Below the pieces are notes generated by a model. It was given only the letters and a program-made list of their open reading frames with translations. It was not told where the DNA came from and searched no databases. The position numbers were made by a program, and so were the translations under genes. From Candidatus Latescibacterota bacterium (lineage in GTDB: Bacteria > Latescibacterota > UBA2968 > UBA8231), in NCBI GenBank assembly GCA_964291625.2, contig OZ220089.1, positions 4,192,001 to 4,256,000 on the forward strand: a stretch of 64,000 bases of DNA. Direction: 5' to 3'. This document shows positions 10,554 to 18,728 of the stretch, piece after piece. Position 1 is the first letter of the stretch, and the number at the start of each line of letters is the position of its first letter.

Positions 10554-10884
10554 GGGAGCGGGGCGTTTTTCCTTGTTGCCCTACGAGGCCGTCAACTACA
10601 TTCAGCGGATTGAGGCTCGCGACGAGGCCTGGGATCCCAGGCTGTGCGGGCGTTCACGTGCGCCGGAGTTCGCTTCATGACTGTCCGCCGGGCCCCCTCG
10701 AGTCAGAGTACCCCCCACCAGGTGCGCACCGAGTGCCCGGGGCGTCCGCCCCCCGGAGGCGGACCAGGGCCCTGCTGCGCCGGATCACCCCCGCGGCGTC
10801 TGCCTGCACCCCGACGATCAGACCTGCACCCCGGCCTGGGGGCGTGCGGCCGAAGCCATTCACGATGTTCCCGCATCTCAACCC

Positions 10885-10923
10885 GATTCCCTGCGGTCCC
10901 AGAGAGCCTGGGGCCGGGGAATC
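10885..10923 (+). promoter_or_regulatory. 5' leader stem-loop just upstream of the RBS
   Basis: GATTCCC-TG-CGGTCCCAG / loop AGAGC / CTGGGGCCG-GGGAATC; GGAGG at 10931-10935. Confidence 0.55.
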
Positions 10924-10945
10924 AGCATTCGGAGGTTCTGCAGCA

Positions 10946-11878
10946 ATGAAGAGAGTCTCATTCGCCCTCTGCCTGACCGTGGGCCTCGCCGTTTCGGCCC
11001 GGGCTCACGTGCCGGAGGGCCAGGTTCTGCTCGCCTTCCAGTTCCCGGCGGGCGCGGAGCCCACCCTGGACGGGGATCTGTCCGAGTGGGCCGTGGTTCC
11101 CTCGGACTACTGGATCGGGCCGGAGCTCTACACGGCCCCGGACGGATCGCAGTGGACGGACCTGTCCGACATGAACAGCAAGGTCATCGTCGGTTACAGC
11201 GCCAGCACCGACCGTCTCTACATCCACCACGAGTACTTCGACGACTTCCGCAAGCGGGACTTCGCCAATCTCCCGCCGGTGGCGGGCCTGTTCGGTGACG
11301 AACAGAACCTGCCCGACACCTTCGAGATCCAGGTCGACGGGGACCACGGCGGCGAAGACTCCTGGTTCGACCCGGCGGAACAGCCGGAGAACGGCTCGCG
11401 CTGGGCCCAGAATACCCACTTCCGCATCCCGGATCTGGATCCTTCTGTGGAGAACGTGAACGATGAGAAGACGGCATGGGCCTGGTACTGGCAGAGCCAG
11501 GCTACCTGGACCGGCAACCTGCCGTGGGCGACCAGTGGGTATTCGTCGGATGTCGTCGAGCTCAACGCCCCCGACGTCAACGGCCAGGCGGAGTGGATGT
11601 TCACGGCGTGGGACAACCTGCAGTGGGATGACCCGGACGCCAGCGTGGTGCACGACATGGTAGAAGGCCAGATCATCGGCATGAACTGGCAGATCTCCGA
11701 CTACGACAACCTGGAGGACAACTCGAAGGAAGACTGGCTCCTGAACGGCCAGGCCACCATCTGGCAGACCTCGTCGGTAGCCACCGACTTCCTCCTGGCT
11801 CCGGTGGAGGATGTCGAGTTCGGCACCGCCGTCGAAGCCAGGAGCTGGGGCCGCGTCAAGGCTGCCTTCACCGAGTAG
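10946..11878 (+). CDS. Secreted acidic protein with a DOMON/CBM9-like region and C-terminal TAVEARSWGRVK motif
   Basis: Signal peptide MKRVSFALCLTVGLAVSARA; PTLDGDLSEW, DTFEIQVDGDHGG, GQIIGMNWQISDYD; GGAGG RBS. Confidence 0.75.
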   Translation: MKRVSFALCLTVGLAVSARAHVPEGQVLLAFQFPAGAEPTLDGDLSEWAVVPSDYWIGPELYTAPDGSQWTDLSDMNSKVIVGYSASTDRLYIHHEYFDDFRKRDFANLPPVAGLFGDEQNLPDTFEIQVDGDHGGEDSWFDPAEQPENGSRWAQNTHFRIPDLDPSVENVNDEKTAWAWYWQSQATWTGNLPWATSGYSSDVVELNAPDVNGQAEWMFTAWDNLQWDDPDASVVHDMVEGQIIGMNWQISDYDNLEDNSKEDWLLNGQATIWQTSSVATDFLLAPVEDVEFGTAVEARSWGRVKAAFTE

Positions 11879-11932
11879 AGCAGGCGGCGGCGGGCCGATC
11901 TCGCCGCCGGCGATCAGGCTCATGGCACGAAG

Positions 11933-11964
11933 GAAGGGGGGATGTGGCTTCACATCCCCCCTTC
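11933..11964 (+). terminator. Perfect 14-bp intergenic hairpin (partial terminator or mRNA stabiliser)
   Basis: GAAGGGGGGATGTG-GCTT-CACATCCCCCCTTC; no U-tract. Confidence 0.6.
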
Positions 11965-12024
11965 ACTGAATCAGCCCCACGGTGCAGGCCGGGTCTGTGC
12001 CGCACACGACAAGAGGGTGACATC

Positions 12025-13989
12025 TTGCCAGCAGGGCGATTGGCCAGCCTGCTCTTCTGCCAGTTGGCGGGCGCGGGGATGTGGGGCCCCGCGGAGGCGG
12101 TGACGATCTACCGGCTGGGCGGCGAGGACCACGCCAGCTTCCCCTTGCCTCCCGAGGTGGCGGACGGCCGCGCCGGGTTCGAGCAGTTGAGCTGGAGGGG
12201 CGTGGATCCCGCCCGGGCCGGCGTCTCCGACAACGTCAACCTGGATGGAGCCCTGGTCCCTTTCTACCACGGCAGCGACGAGAACATCCTGGCCGCGGCG
12301 GGAGAGCGTGGCGGCTTCCTGAGGACCGAGCGTTACACGGGCTATGGCCACGATCCGGACCTGGACGTGGTCGCCGATGGGGACTTCACCACCTTCGTCC
12401 TGAGGCATATTTCGTCGGTGGATTACAGTCCGGCTTCCGGCACCCACGGCTTGACCCTGTACTTCGATCTGGGCGGCCTGTTCCCGGTGAACCGGGTGCG
12501 CGTGTCGCCGCGCCCCGGCTCCACCCACTACATCGAGCACATCGCCATCGCCGCCGGCAGCGGCGAACCCCACGGGGGAACGCCGAACCGGTCCCACCTG
12601 GAATTCCACAGAAAGCTCGTCCGGGAAACGCCGTTTGACTTCGATCTGGTGGCGGAGATCACCCAGAACAAGAACCCGGTGGTGGAGATCCCCCTGGACC
12701 GGACGCCGGTGCGGCAGCTGGCGCTGTGGGTGGACCCGTTTCAGCGGGAGCCATGGGAGATTGCGGAGGTGGAGGTCTTCGCCGAGGGGTATGTGCCGTT
12801 CGCCGGCTATACCTCGAACACCATTCCCCTGGGCGCCCCCTCCAGCCTGGGGAGGGTGCGCTGGTCGGGCCGCCAGGACGAGTCGGCCCGGGTATCGATC
12901 CGCAGCCGCGGCGGCGACGATCCGGACCCGTCCCGGTACTGGCGGCGGACCTTCCGGTCCGACGAGGAGGTGCCGTACGGCGCGGACGGATCGACGCTGA
13001 CCCGGGACCAGTACGACAAGCTGGAGGGGAAGGAGAAGGGCCGCATCACCCACGACGCCGCAAACTGGGAGCTGTGGTCGGCGCCGTATCCCTTCGGCGA
13101 CAGTCTGGGGGTGGCGATGGTGGCGCCGAGGCCGCGCACCTACGTGCAGTTCTCGATCGACTTCGCCAGTGACTTCCTCGCCGGCGGGCAGGTCGATTAC
13201 CTGGAGTTCGCGGTATCGTCGCCGCCGGCGGCGACGGACCTGGTGGGGGAGGTCGATCCCTGGCGGGCCGAGGCCTCGGAGCCGACGGAGTTCACCTGCG
13301 CCGTGCGGCCGACCCTGTCGCTGCAGGACCGGGGATTCGACAGCCTGGAGCTGCGGTTCCAGGGCGGCCGGGTGGAGGAGGTGACCGGGGTCGAGGCGGC
13401 GGGAGCGGCCGTGGCCTTCACCGAGGTGGACAGCCTGCGCACCGACGACCGGGTGGTCGTGAGCTTCCCCCGGCTGGGAGTGAACGAGAGCGGCGAGCTG
13501 CTGCGGGTGAGGCTCCGGGGCGAGGCCTACCGCTACGCGGCGACCTTCCAGGTCCGGGTCTTCGACAGCGAGGCACCGGAGGAGGTCTGGCAACCGGTGA
13601 GGGCCGGCGACGCCACCGACGCCCTGGACGGCAACCGTCTGTCGGTGGAAGCCCTGGCCCTGGGGGCGTCGACGGTGGGGGGGCTGCAGGTCGAGCCGGC
13701 CGCCTTCACCCCCAACGGGGACGGGATCAACGACGAGGTGGCGATCCGCTACGACCTGCTGAAGCTGACCGAGGACCGGCGGGTGCGGGTGCGGGTGTGG
13801 GATCTGGCGGGCCGGCTGGTGCGGGACCTGTATGACGGGCGGGACCGTTCGGGGCGCTACGTCCAGCCCTGGGACGGCCGCGACGGCCGCGGCCGGCGGG
13901 TGCCGCCGGGACTCTATCTGTGCCGCGTCGCCGTCGACCGGGAAGGGGGCCGCGACGGCGAGACCCGCCTGATCGCGGTGGCGTACTGA
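12025..13989 (+). CDS. Secreted protein with a discoidin-like domain and C-terminal FlgD-Ig/CHU_C-like domain (paralog 1)
   Basis: TTG after AAGAGGG; YFDLGGLFPVNRV, FTPNGDGINDE, WDGRDGRGRRVPPGLY; ends IAVAY. Confidence 0.8.
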   Translation: MPAGRLASLLFCQLAGAGMWGPAEAVTIYRLGGEDHASFPLPPEVADGRAGFEQLSWRGVDPARAGVSDNVNLDGALVPFYHGSDENILAAAGERGGFLRTERYTGYGHDPDLDVVADGDFTTFVLRHISSVDYSPASGTHGLTLYFDLGGLFPVNRVRVSPRPGSTHYIEHIAIAAGSGEPHGGTPNRSHLEFHRKLVRETPFDFDLVAEITQNKNPVVEIPLDRTPVRQLALWVDPFQREPWEIAEVEVFAEGYVPFAGYTSNTIPLGAPSSLGRVRWSGRQDESARVSIRSRGGDDPDPSRYWRRTFRSDEEVPYGADGSTLTRDQYDKLEGKEKGRITHDAANWELWSAPYPFGDSLGVAMVAPRPRTYVQFSIDFASDFLAGGQVDYLEFAVSSPPAATDLVGEVDPWRAEASEPTEFTCAVRPTLSLQDRGFDSLELRFQGGRVEEVTGVEAAGAAVAFTEVDSLRTDDRVVVSFPRLGVNESGELLRVRLRGEAYRYAATFQVRVFDSEAPEEVWQPVRAGDATDALDGNRLSVEALALGASTVGGLQVEPAAFTPNGDGINDEVAIRYDLLKLTEDRRVRVRVWDLAGRLVRDLYDGRDRSGRYVQPWDGRDGRGRRVPPGLYLCRVAVDREGGRDGETRLIAVAY

Positions 13990-14000
13990 GGCGCGGCCAC

Positions 14001-16526
14001 ATGAACGGCAGGATCGGCGCGGCGCTGGTTGTCGGGGTCCTCTGGGGGAGTGCGGTCTGGGGCCAGGCGTACCTGCTCCGCGGCAACCAGATCGTGGTGG
14101 AGGGCCGCCACCTGAAGACCTGGGAGTACCCCGTGGGCACGATCGAGTTCCCGGCCCCGACGGCCGCCGCCCGGCCGCACTTCGTGGCCAAGGACATCGA
14201 CGCCACCCGCGACATCGTCGAGCACCTGCGGCGGCATCCGCCCCCGGGAGTCGAGGCCCAGGACCTCGACTTCCTGCACGCCGTGAGGGCCGGCACCAAT
14301 GCCGCCGGGGTAGCCAACCTCGTCGACGGGGATCCGGCCACGTACTGGCAGCCCGACCCGGACCAGCCGCTGCGCGACTGGTGGTTCGAGCTGGACCTGG
14401 GGCGGGTCGTCTCCGCGACCCGCATCCTCCTGACCTTCGTGGACGAGGATCTCGGGGATCCCTTTCTCCAGTATACCCTTCTGACCTCGGACGGCGAGCG
14501 TCCCGAGCAGGGCCTGCGGGACGTCAGGAGCTTCGTCGTCGCCTACGCGTCGCCGGGCGCCAACAAGAGCCGGCGCGTCTTCGAAATCGAGGTGAAACCT
14601 TCGGGAGACTCCCGGGATTCCGCGTGGCGGGGAGACGAGATCCGGTACGTGCAGCTCGTGGTGACGGAAAGCGACTCGGTCCGCGGCGCCGAGGTATCGG
14701 GCGCCGTCTACGACGCCCTGGAGCCGGCCCGCCGGGGGACGGTGGACTACTACAAGAAGGTGGCCGATGGGAGCATCCGGGTCGAGCGGGAGGTCTACGA
14801 GGCGATCGACCCCCGGTTGCGCGGCGAGGTCCGCTACTTCCGCCGCGAGCGTCCTCGTCTGGCCGGGATGGAAGTGCGGACGATCGGCGAGAACATCGCC
14901 CTGGGGTTGACGGCCCGCCGGGGGGTGGCGCTGAAGATCGAGACCGATACCACCGCGGTCACCGGCCTGGTGGACGGCCTGTATGAGACGACGGTCCTGA
15001 CCACGGTCCGCACCCCCGCCCTGCGCTTCTTCTACTTCGACCTCGGCGCCCACTACTGGGTGGATCGAGTGCAGATGTTCTTCCAGAACAAGGGCTTTCA
15101 GGGACCGATCACCGAGTACGAAGTCAGGACCTCGGACGGGAGCCGGACGCCCGACGGAAACCTGGCCTGGACCAGCCAGGCCCTCGGGGGCCGGGACGGC
15201 ATGGACTACCACGCCAAGGCCTTCGCGCCCACGGTCGCCCGCTACATCAGCATTCCCTACTCCGGCGGCATGGCGGGAGGCCAGGCGGACACGCGGGAGA
15301 TGCAGTTCTACGGTGAGGGATACCAGCCCCGGGTTTCGCTCACGTCCCCCCTGATCGCGCTGGACGGCGCCCGGACGCTGAGTTCGATCGAGTGGGAGGG
15401 CGAGACCCCTCCCGGGACCTCCATTGCCCTGCGCAGCCGGACCGGCAACCAGCTCGTCGATGTCCTCCGCTATCTCCAGCAGGACGGCAGCGAGATCACG
15501 GAGGAGCAGTACGACAAGCTGAACAAGTTCCAGAAGAAGGAAGTCGAGATCGTGACCGAGCAGGTGCCCGGGGGTGACTGGAGCGACTGGAGCGAGGAAT
15601 ACCGGGCCTCCGGGGCGCCCGTCACGTCGCCGAGCCCCCGGGAGTACCTCATGCTCCAGGCCTGGCTGACGACCGACCATCCGCACGAGGCCGCCTCCCT
15701 GCGGTCGATCCGGCTGAACTTCCTCGATCCCCTGGCCCGGCAGGCCCGGGGCGAGCTCGAGCCGGCCCTGGTGTCCGGGTTGGGCGCCGCCGACACCTTG
15801 TCCCTCTTCGTCAAGGCCGACTTCCTGCGCGACGGACCGGGAATGGACCAGATCCGCCTCTACGCTCCCGGCGTGGATCTGGACTTCCAGCTCCTCCGCA
15901 TGGGGCGGGAGTCCCAGTGGGAGGCCGGCCCGGCGGCCGAGCTGGGACCATCCGATCTGGAGCGGGTCCCGGCCGCCTCCGACTCGCTGTGGGTGCGCCT
16001 CGATTCGGCGGTGGGTCCCGAGGTCGACCTGATCGAAGTGCGGTTCACCGCGACCCTGTTCCGCCCCGGAGCCATCGTGCAGGCGGAACTGGGGAACTCC
16101 TCCGAGGCCGATCGATGGCAACGGGTGGACCCCGGCGACGCCACGGCCCTGGCCTCGAGTCAGGGGATGATGTTGCGGGGGTCCCTCGAAGCCGGGCGGG
16201 TGATTGGCCCGTTGAGGGTCAGCGCTCCGGTCCTGACCCCGAACGGGGACGGGATCAACGACGAGACCCGGTTCGAGTTCGCGGTGCTCCGCCTCGGCGG
16301 GCAGCGCGCGGTGAGGACCCGCCTCTACGATCTGGGCGGCGGCCTCGTGCGGGAGTGGGAGGAGCGGCGTCCCCTCGTGAGCGGGTCCTACGAGGTCCGC
16401 TGGTCCGGCGACGACCAGAGCGGCCGGCTGGTGCCTCCCGGGATCTATCTGCTGGAGATCGAGGTCGATGCGGACGCGGAGGTGTCGGGCCGCAAGGCGC
16501 ACCGCCTGGTCCATGTAGCGTATTGA
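14001..16526 (+). CDS. Secreted protein with two discoidin-like domains and C-terminal FlgD-Ig/CHU_C-like domain (paralog 2)
   Basis: Signal peptide; NLVDGDPATYW...ELDLGR, YFDLGAHYWVDRV, LTPNGDGINDE, WSGDDQSGRLVPPGIY; ends VHVAY. Confidence 0.8.
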   Translation: MNGRIGAALVVGVLWGSAVWGQAYLLRGNQIVVEGRHLKTWEYPVGTIEFPAPTAAARPHFVAKDIDATRDIVEHLRRHPPPGVEAQDLDFLHAVRAGTNAAGVANLVDGDPATYWQPDPDQPLRDWWFELDLGRVVSATRILLTFVDEDLGDPFLQYTLLTSDGERPEQGLRDVRSFVVAYASPGANKSRRVFEIEVKPSGDSRDSAWRGDEIRYVQLVVTESDSVRGAEVSGAVYDALEPARRGTVDYYKKVADGSIRVEREVYEAIDPRLRGEVRYFRRERPRLAGMEVRTIGENIALGLTARRGVALKIETDTTAVTGLVDGLYETTVLTTVRTPALRFFYFDLGAHYWVDRVQMFFQNKGFQGPITEYEVRTSDGSRTPDGNLAWTSQALGGRDGMDYHAKAFAPTVARYISIPYSGGMAGGQADTREMQFYGEGYQPRVSLTSPLIALDGARTLSSIEWEGETPPGTSIALRSRTGNQLVDVLRYLQQDGSEITEEQYDKLNKFQKKEVEIVTEQVPGGDWSDWSEEYRASGAPVTSPSPREYLMLQAWLTTDHPHEAASLRSIRLNFLDPLARQARGELEPALVSGLGAADTLSLFVKADFLRDGPGMDQIRLYAPGVDLDFQLLRMGRESQWEAGPAAELGPSDLERVPAASDSLWVRLDSAVGPEVDLIEVRFTATLFRPGAIVQAELGNSSEADRWQRVDPGDATALASSQGMMLRGSLEAGRVIGPLRVSAPVLTPNGDGINDETRFEFAVLRLGGQRAVRTRLYDLGGGLVREWEERRPLVSGSYEVRWSGDDQSGRLVPPGIYLLEIEVDADAEVSGRKAHRLVHVAY

Positions 16527-16540
16527 GCTGTCGAGCGGGA

Positions 16541-18715
16541 ATGCAGCGGATCAGCCTCGGCCTGGCCATGGCCGCCACACTGTGCCTGGTGGCCCGCGAT
16601 CTGGCTGCCGAGAGCCGGACCCTGGGCGGCGCCGGCGATCGACCCTGGAACGGCGGCGGCGGAGAGATCCCGGCCGCGGTGCAGACCAGCGTCGACGGGG
16701 CCGCGGTCACCAACACTCCGGGCGATGTGGTGGACTTCGACTTTCCCGGCCGACCGGGCTGGATCTTCCCCGAGAGGGCCGACTCCACGAGGAATATCGC
16801 CGCCGAGGCCGCCCTGACCTCGCCGAACATCCTGACCGAGGGCATCGCCGAGGAACTGCTCCTGATGGTGGACGGCGATCTCGAGACCGCTTTCACCCAG
16901 AAGGGCGAACCAGGGGGGCCGCAGGTCCTCGCCTTCGGGGCCATGTTCGACGTCGACCTGGGGGCGCGCTTCGGGGTGAACCGGGTCCAGTTCTTTCCGA
17001 GGAACGCTCCGGGATTCGAGGCCCCCGGCTTTCCTTTCCAGAACGATTATCTGCGCGCCTACGAGCTCCTCGTCAACGACGGCAGCGAGAACTCCAGGGA
17101 CGAGTCCGGCAGGCCGGTGCTGACCACCTTCAAGCTGGAGCTGCAGAACGACCGGCCCGTGGTCGACCTGCGGATTCCCCCCCAGTACCTGCGCTTCCTG
17201 CGGCTGAAGTCGCAGACGGTCGTCGGCTTCGAGATCGCCGAGTTTCGGGTATTCGGGGCGGGGTTCGTGCCAGAGGCCCGGTACATCTCCAGTGTATTCG
17301 ACCTGGGGACCCGCTGGGGGGTGTGGGGCAAGATCCGGTGGATCGAGGAGACCCTGGGTCCCGAAGGGCTGGCCCGGGCCCGCATCACGACCCGGGCGGG
17401 GCATGACGATACGCCCCTGGAGTTCACCCGCCCCGGTCCGGATTCGGAGGACATCCCCTGGCAGCGGGGAGCGGTGGCCACCACGGCCGAGGGGGAGGAG
17501 ATCGCCCTGGACGATCTCGAGCCCCTCGAAGCCCTGCGGGCCTACCGCGCCCTGCCCCTGGCGGAGAAGAACCGGGTGGCCCTGAGCCTGGAGGAGTATC
17601 TCGGCCTGAAGCCACGGGGCCGGATCCGCGACGATCCGGACGCCTGGACCCCGTGGTCGGCTCCGTATGGGCCGGAAGGCAGCCGCGGCATCACGACGGA
17701 GAATATCGATGACGAGCGCCTCGGGGCGGTCGTCACCACTCCGGGCCCACGGCGCTACTTCCAGGTCCGGGTGGAACTGTTGAGCCGGGACCTGGAGGCA
17801 GCCACCGGCATCGGGCAGCTGGCCTTCACGGTGCACCCCCCGGCGGCGGAGCGGATCGTCGGAGAGATCTACCCGCGCCAGGCCGGGCTGGCCGTGGCCG
17901 AGACGTTCACCTACGCGGCCATGCCCACCCGCATACGGCCGGGCCGGGACAGCGGCTTCGACACCTTCGAGATCGCCACGCCGGTCCGCGTCGAGGCGAT
18001 CGAGACGGTGCAGGTCCGCTTCCACGACGGCCGCACCGAGGCGGCGGATTTCTCGGGTCGGGATCTGGGCCCGTCGGCGTTGCCCACCGATCCGGCCGCC
18101 GACTTCGGCATCGAGCTGGTGGAGGAACGGCGGTTCCGGGTCCGCTTCCCGGCCATCACGAGGAGCGACCTCGAGGCCGGCGAGACCGCCGTCCTGACGA
18201 TCCGGTTCCGCTGCCGCGTCCTCCGCTACGGGACGACCTTTCCCGGGTGGGCCGGCCGCACCGGCAGCGGCAGCGCCGGCCAGAAGATCCTCGCCGGCAA
18301 CGCCGCCCACCTCGGTCCCGGGGACCCCGCCTTTCCTCCCCTGGGCACGGCGGACCCGCGGGTCCTGTCGGTGGACGTTCCCCTCGCGGGCGGCGGCGTC
18401 CTGATCAACGCCCGGGTGTGGCCGCGGCCCTTCAGCCCCAACGGCGACGGGGTCAACGACGGGACCCGCGTCTCCTACGACCTGTCCCGCGTCATCGGTC
18501 CCGTGGCCGTGGAGGTGAGGATCCTCGACGTGGCGGGGCGCGTCGTTCGCCGCCTCTTCACCGGCGAGCAGGAGGGCGGGCACTGGTCGATGCCCTGGGA
18601 TGGGACCGACGGCGGCGGTTCCCCGGTGCCGCCCGGGATCTACCTGGCCCACGTGGCGGTGAACAGCGCGGCCAGCGTCGAGACGGCGGCTGCCGTCGTC
18701 GAAGTGGCATACTGA
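16541..18715 (+). CDS. Secreted protein with a discoidin-like domain and C-terminal FlgD-Ig/CHU_C-like domain (paralog 3)
   Basis: Signal peptide MQRISLGLAMAATLCLVARDLAA; VDLGARFGVNRV, FSPNGDGVNDG, WDGTDGGGSPVPPGIY; ends VEVAY. Confidence 0.8.
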   Translation: MQRISLGLAMAATLCLVARDLAAESRTLGGAGDRPWNGGGGEIPAAVQTSVDGAAVTNTPGDVVDFDFPGRPGWIFPERADSTRNIAAEAALTSPNILTEGIAEELLLMVDGDLETAFTQKGEPGGPQVLAFGAMFDVDLGARFGVNRVQFFPRNAPGFEAPGFPFQNDYLRAYELLVNDGSENSRDESGRPVLTTFKLELQNDRPVVDLRIPPQYLRFLRLKSQTVVGFEIAEFRVFGAGFVPEARYISSVFDLGTRWGVWGKIRWIEETLGPEGLARARITTRAGHDDTPLEFTRPGPDSEDIPWQRGAVATTAEGEEIALDDLEPLEALRAYRALPLAEKNRVALSLEEYLGLKPRGRIRDDPDAWTPWSAPYGPEGSRGITTENIDDERLGAVVTTPGPRRYFQVRVELLSRDLEAATGIGQLAFTVHPPAAERIVGEIYPRQAGLAVAETFTYAAMPTRIRPGRDSGFDTFEIATPVRVEAIETVQVRFHDGRTEAADFSGRDLGPSALPTDPAADFGIELVEERRFRVRFPAITRSDLEAGETAVLTIRFRCRVLRYGTTFPGWAGRTGSGSAGQKILAGNAAHLGPGDPAFPPLGTADPRVLSVDVPLAGGGVLINARVWPRPFSPNGDGVNDGTRVSYDLSRVIGPVAVEVRILDVAGRVVRRLFTGEQEGGHWSMPWDGTDGGGSPVPPGIYLAHVAVNSAASVETAAAVVEVAY

Positions 18716-18728
18716 GAGGAGGTCGACG

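Noticed and set aside
10573-10602. Possible promoter TTGTTG-18-TACATT for the large operon
   Set aside because: Weak -35 and non-optimal spacing; not enough to call
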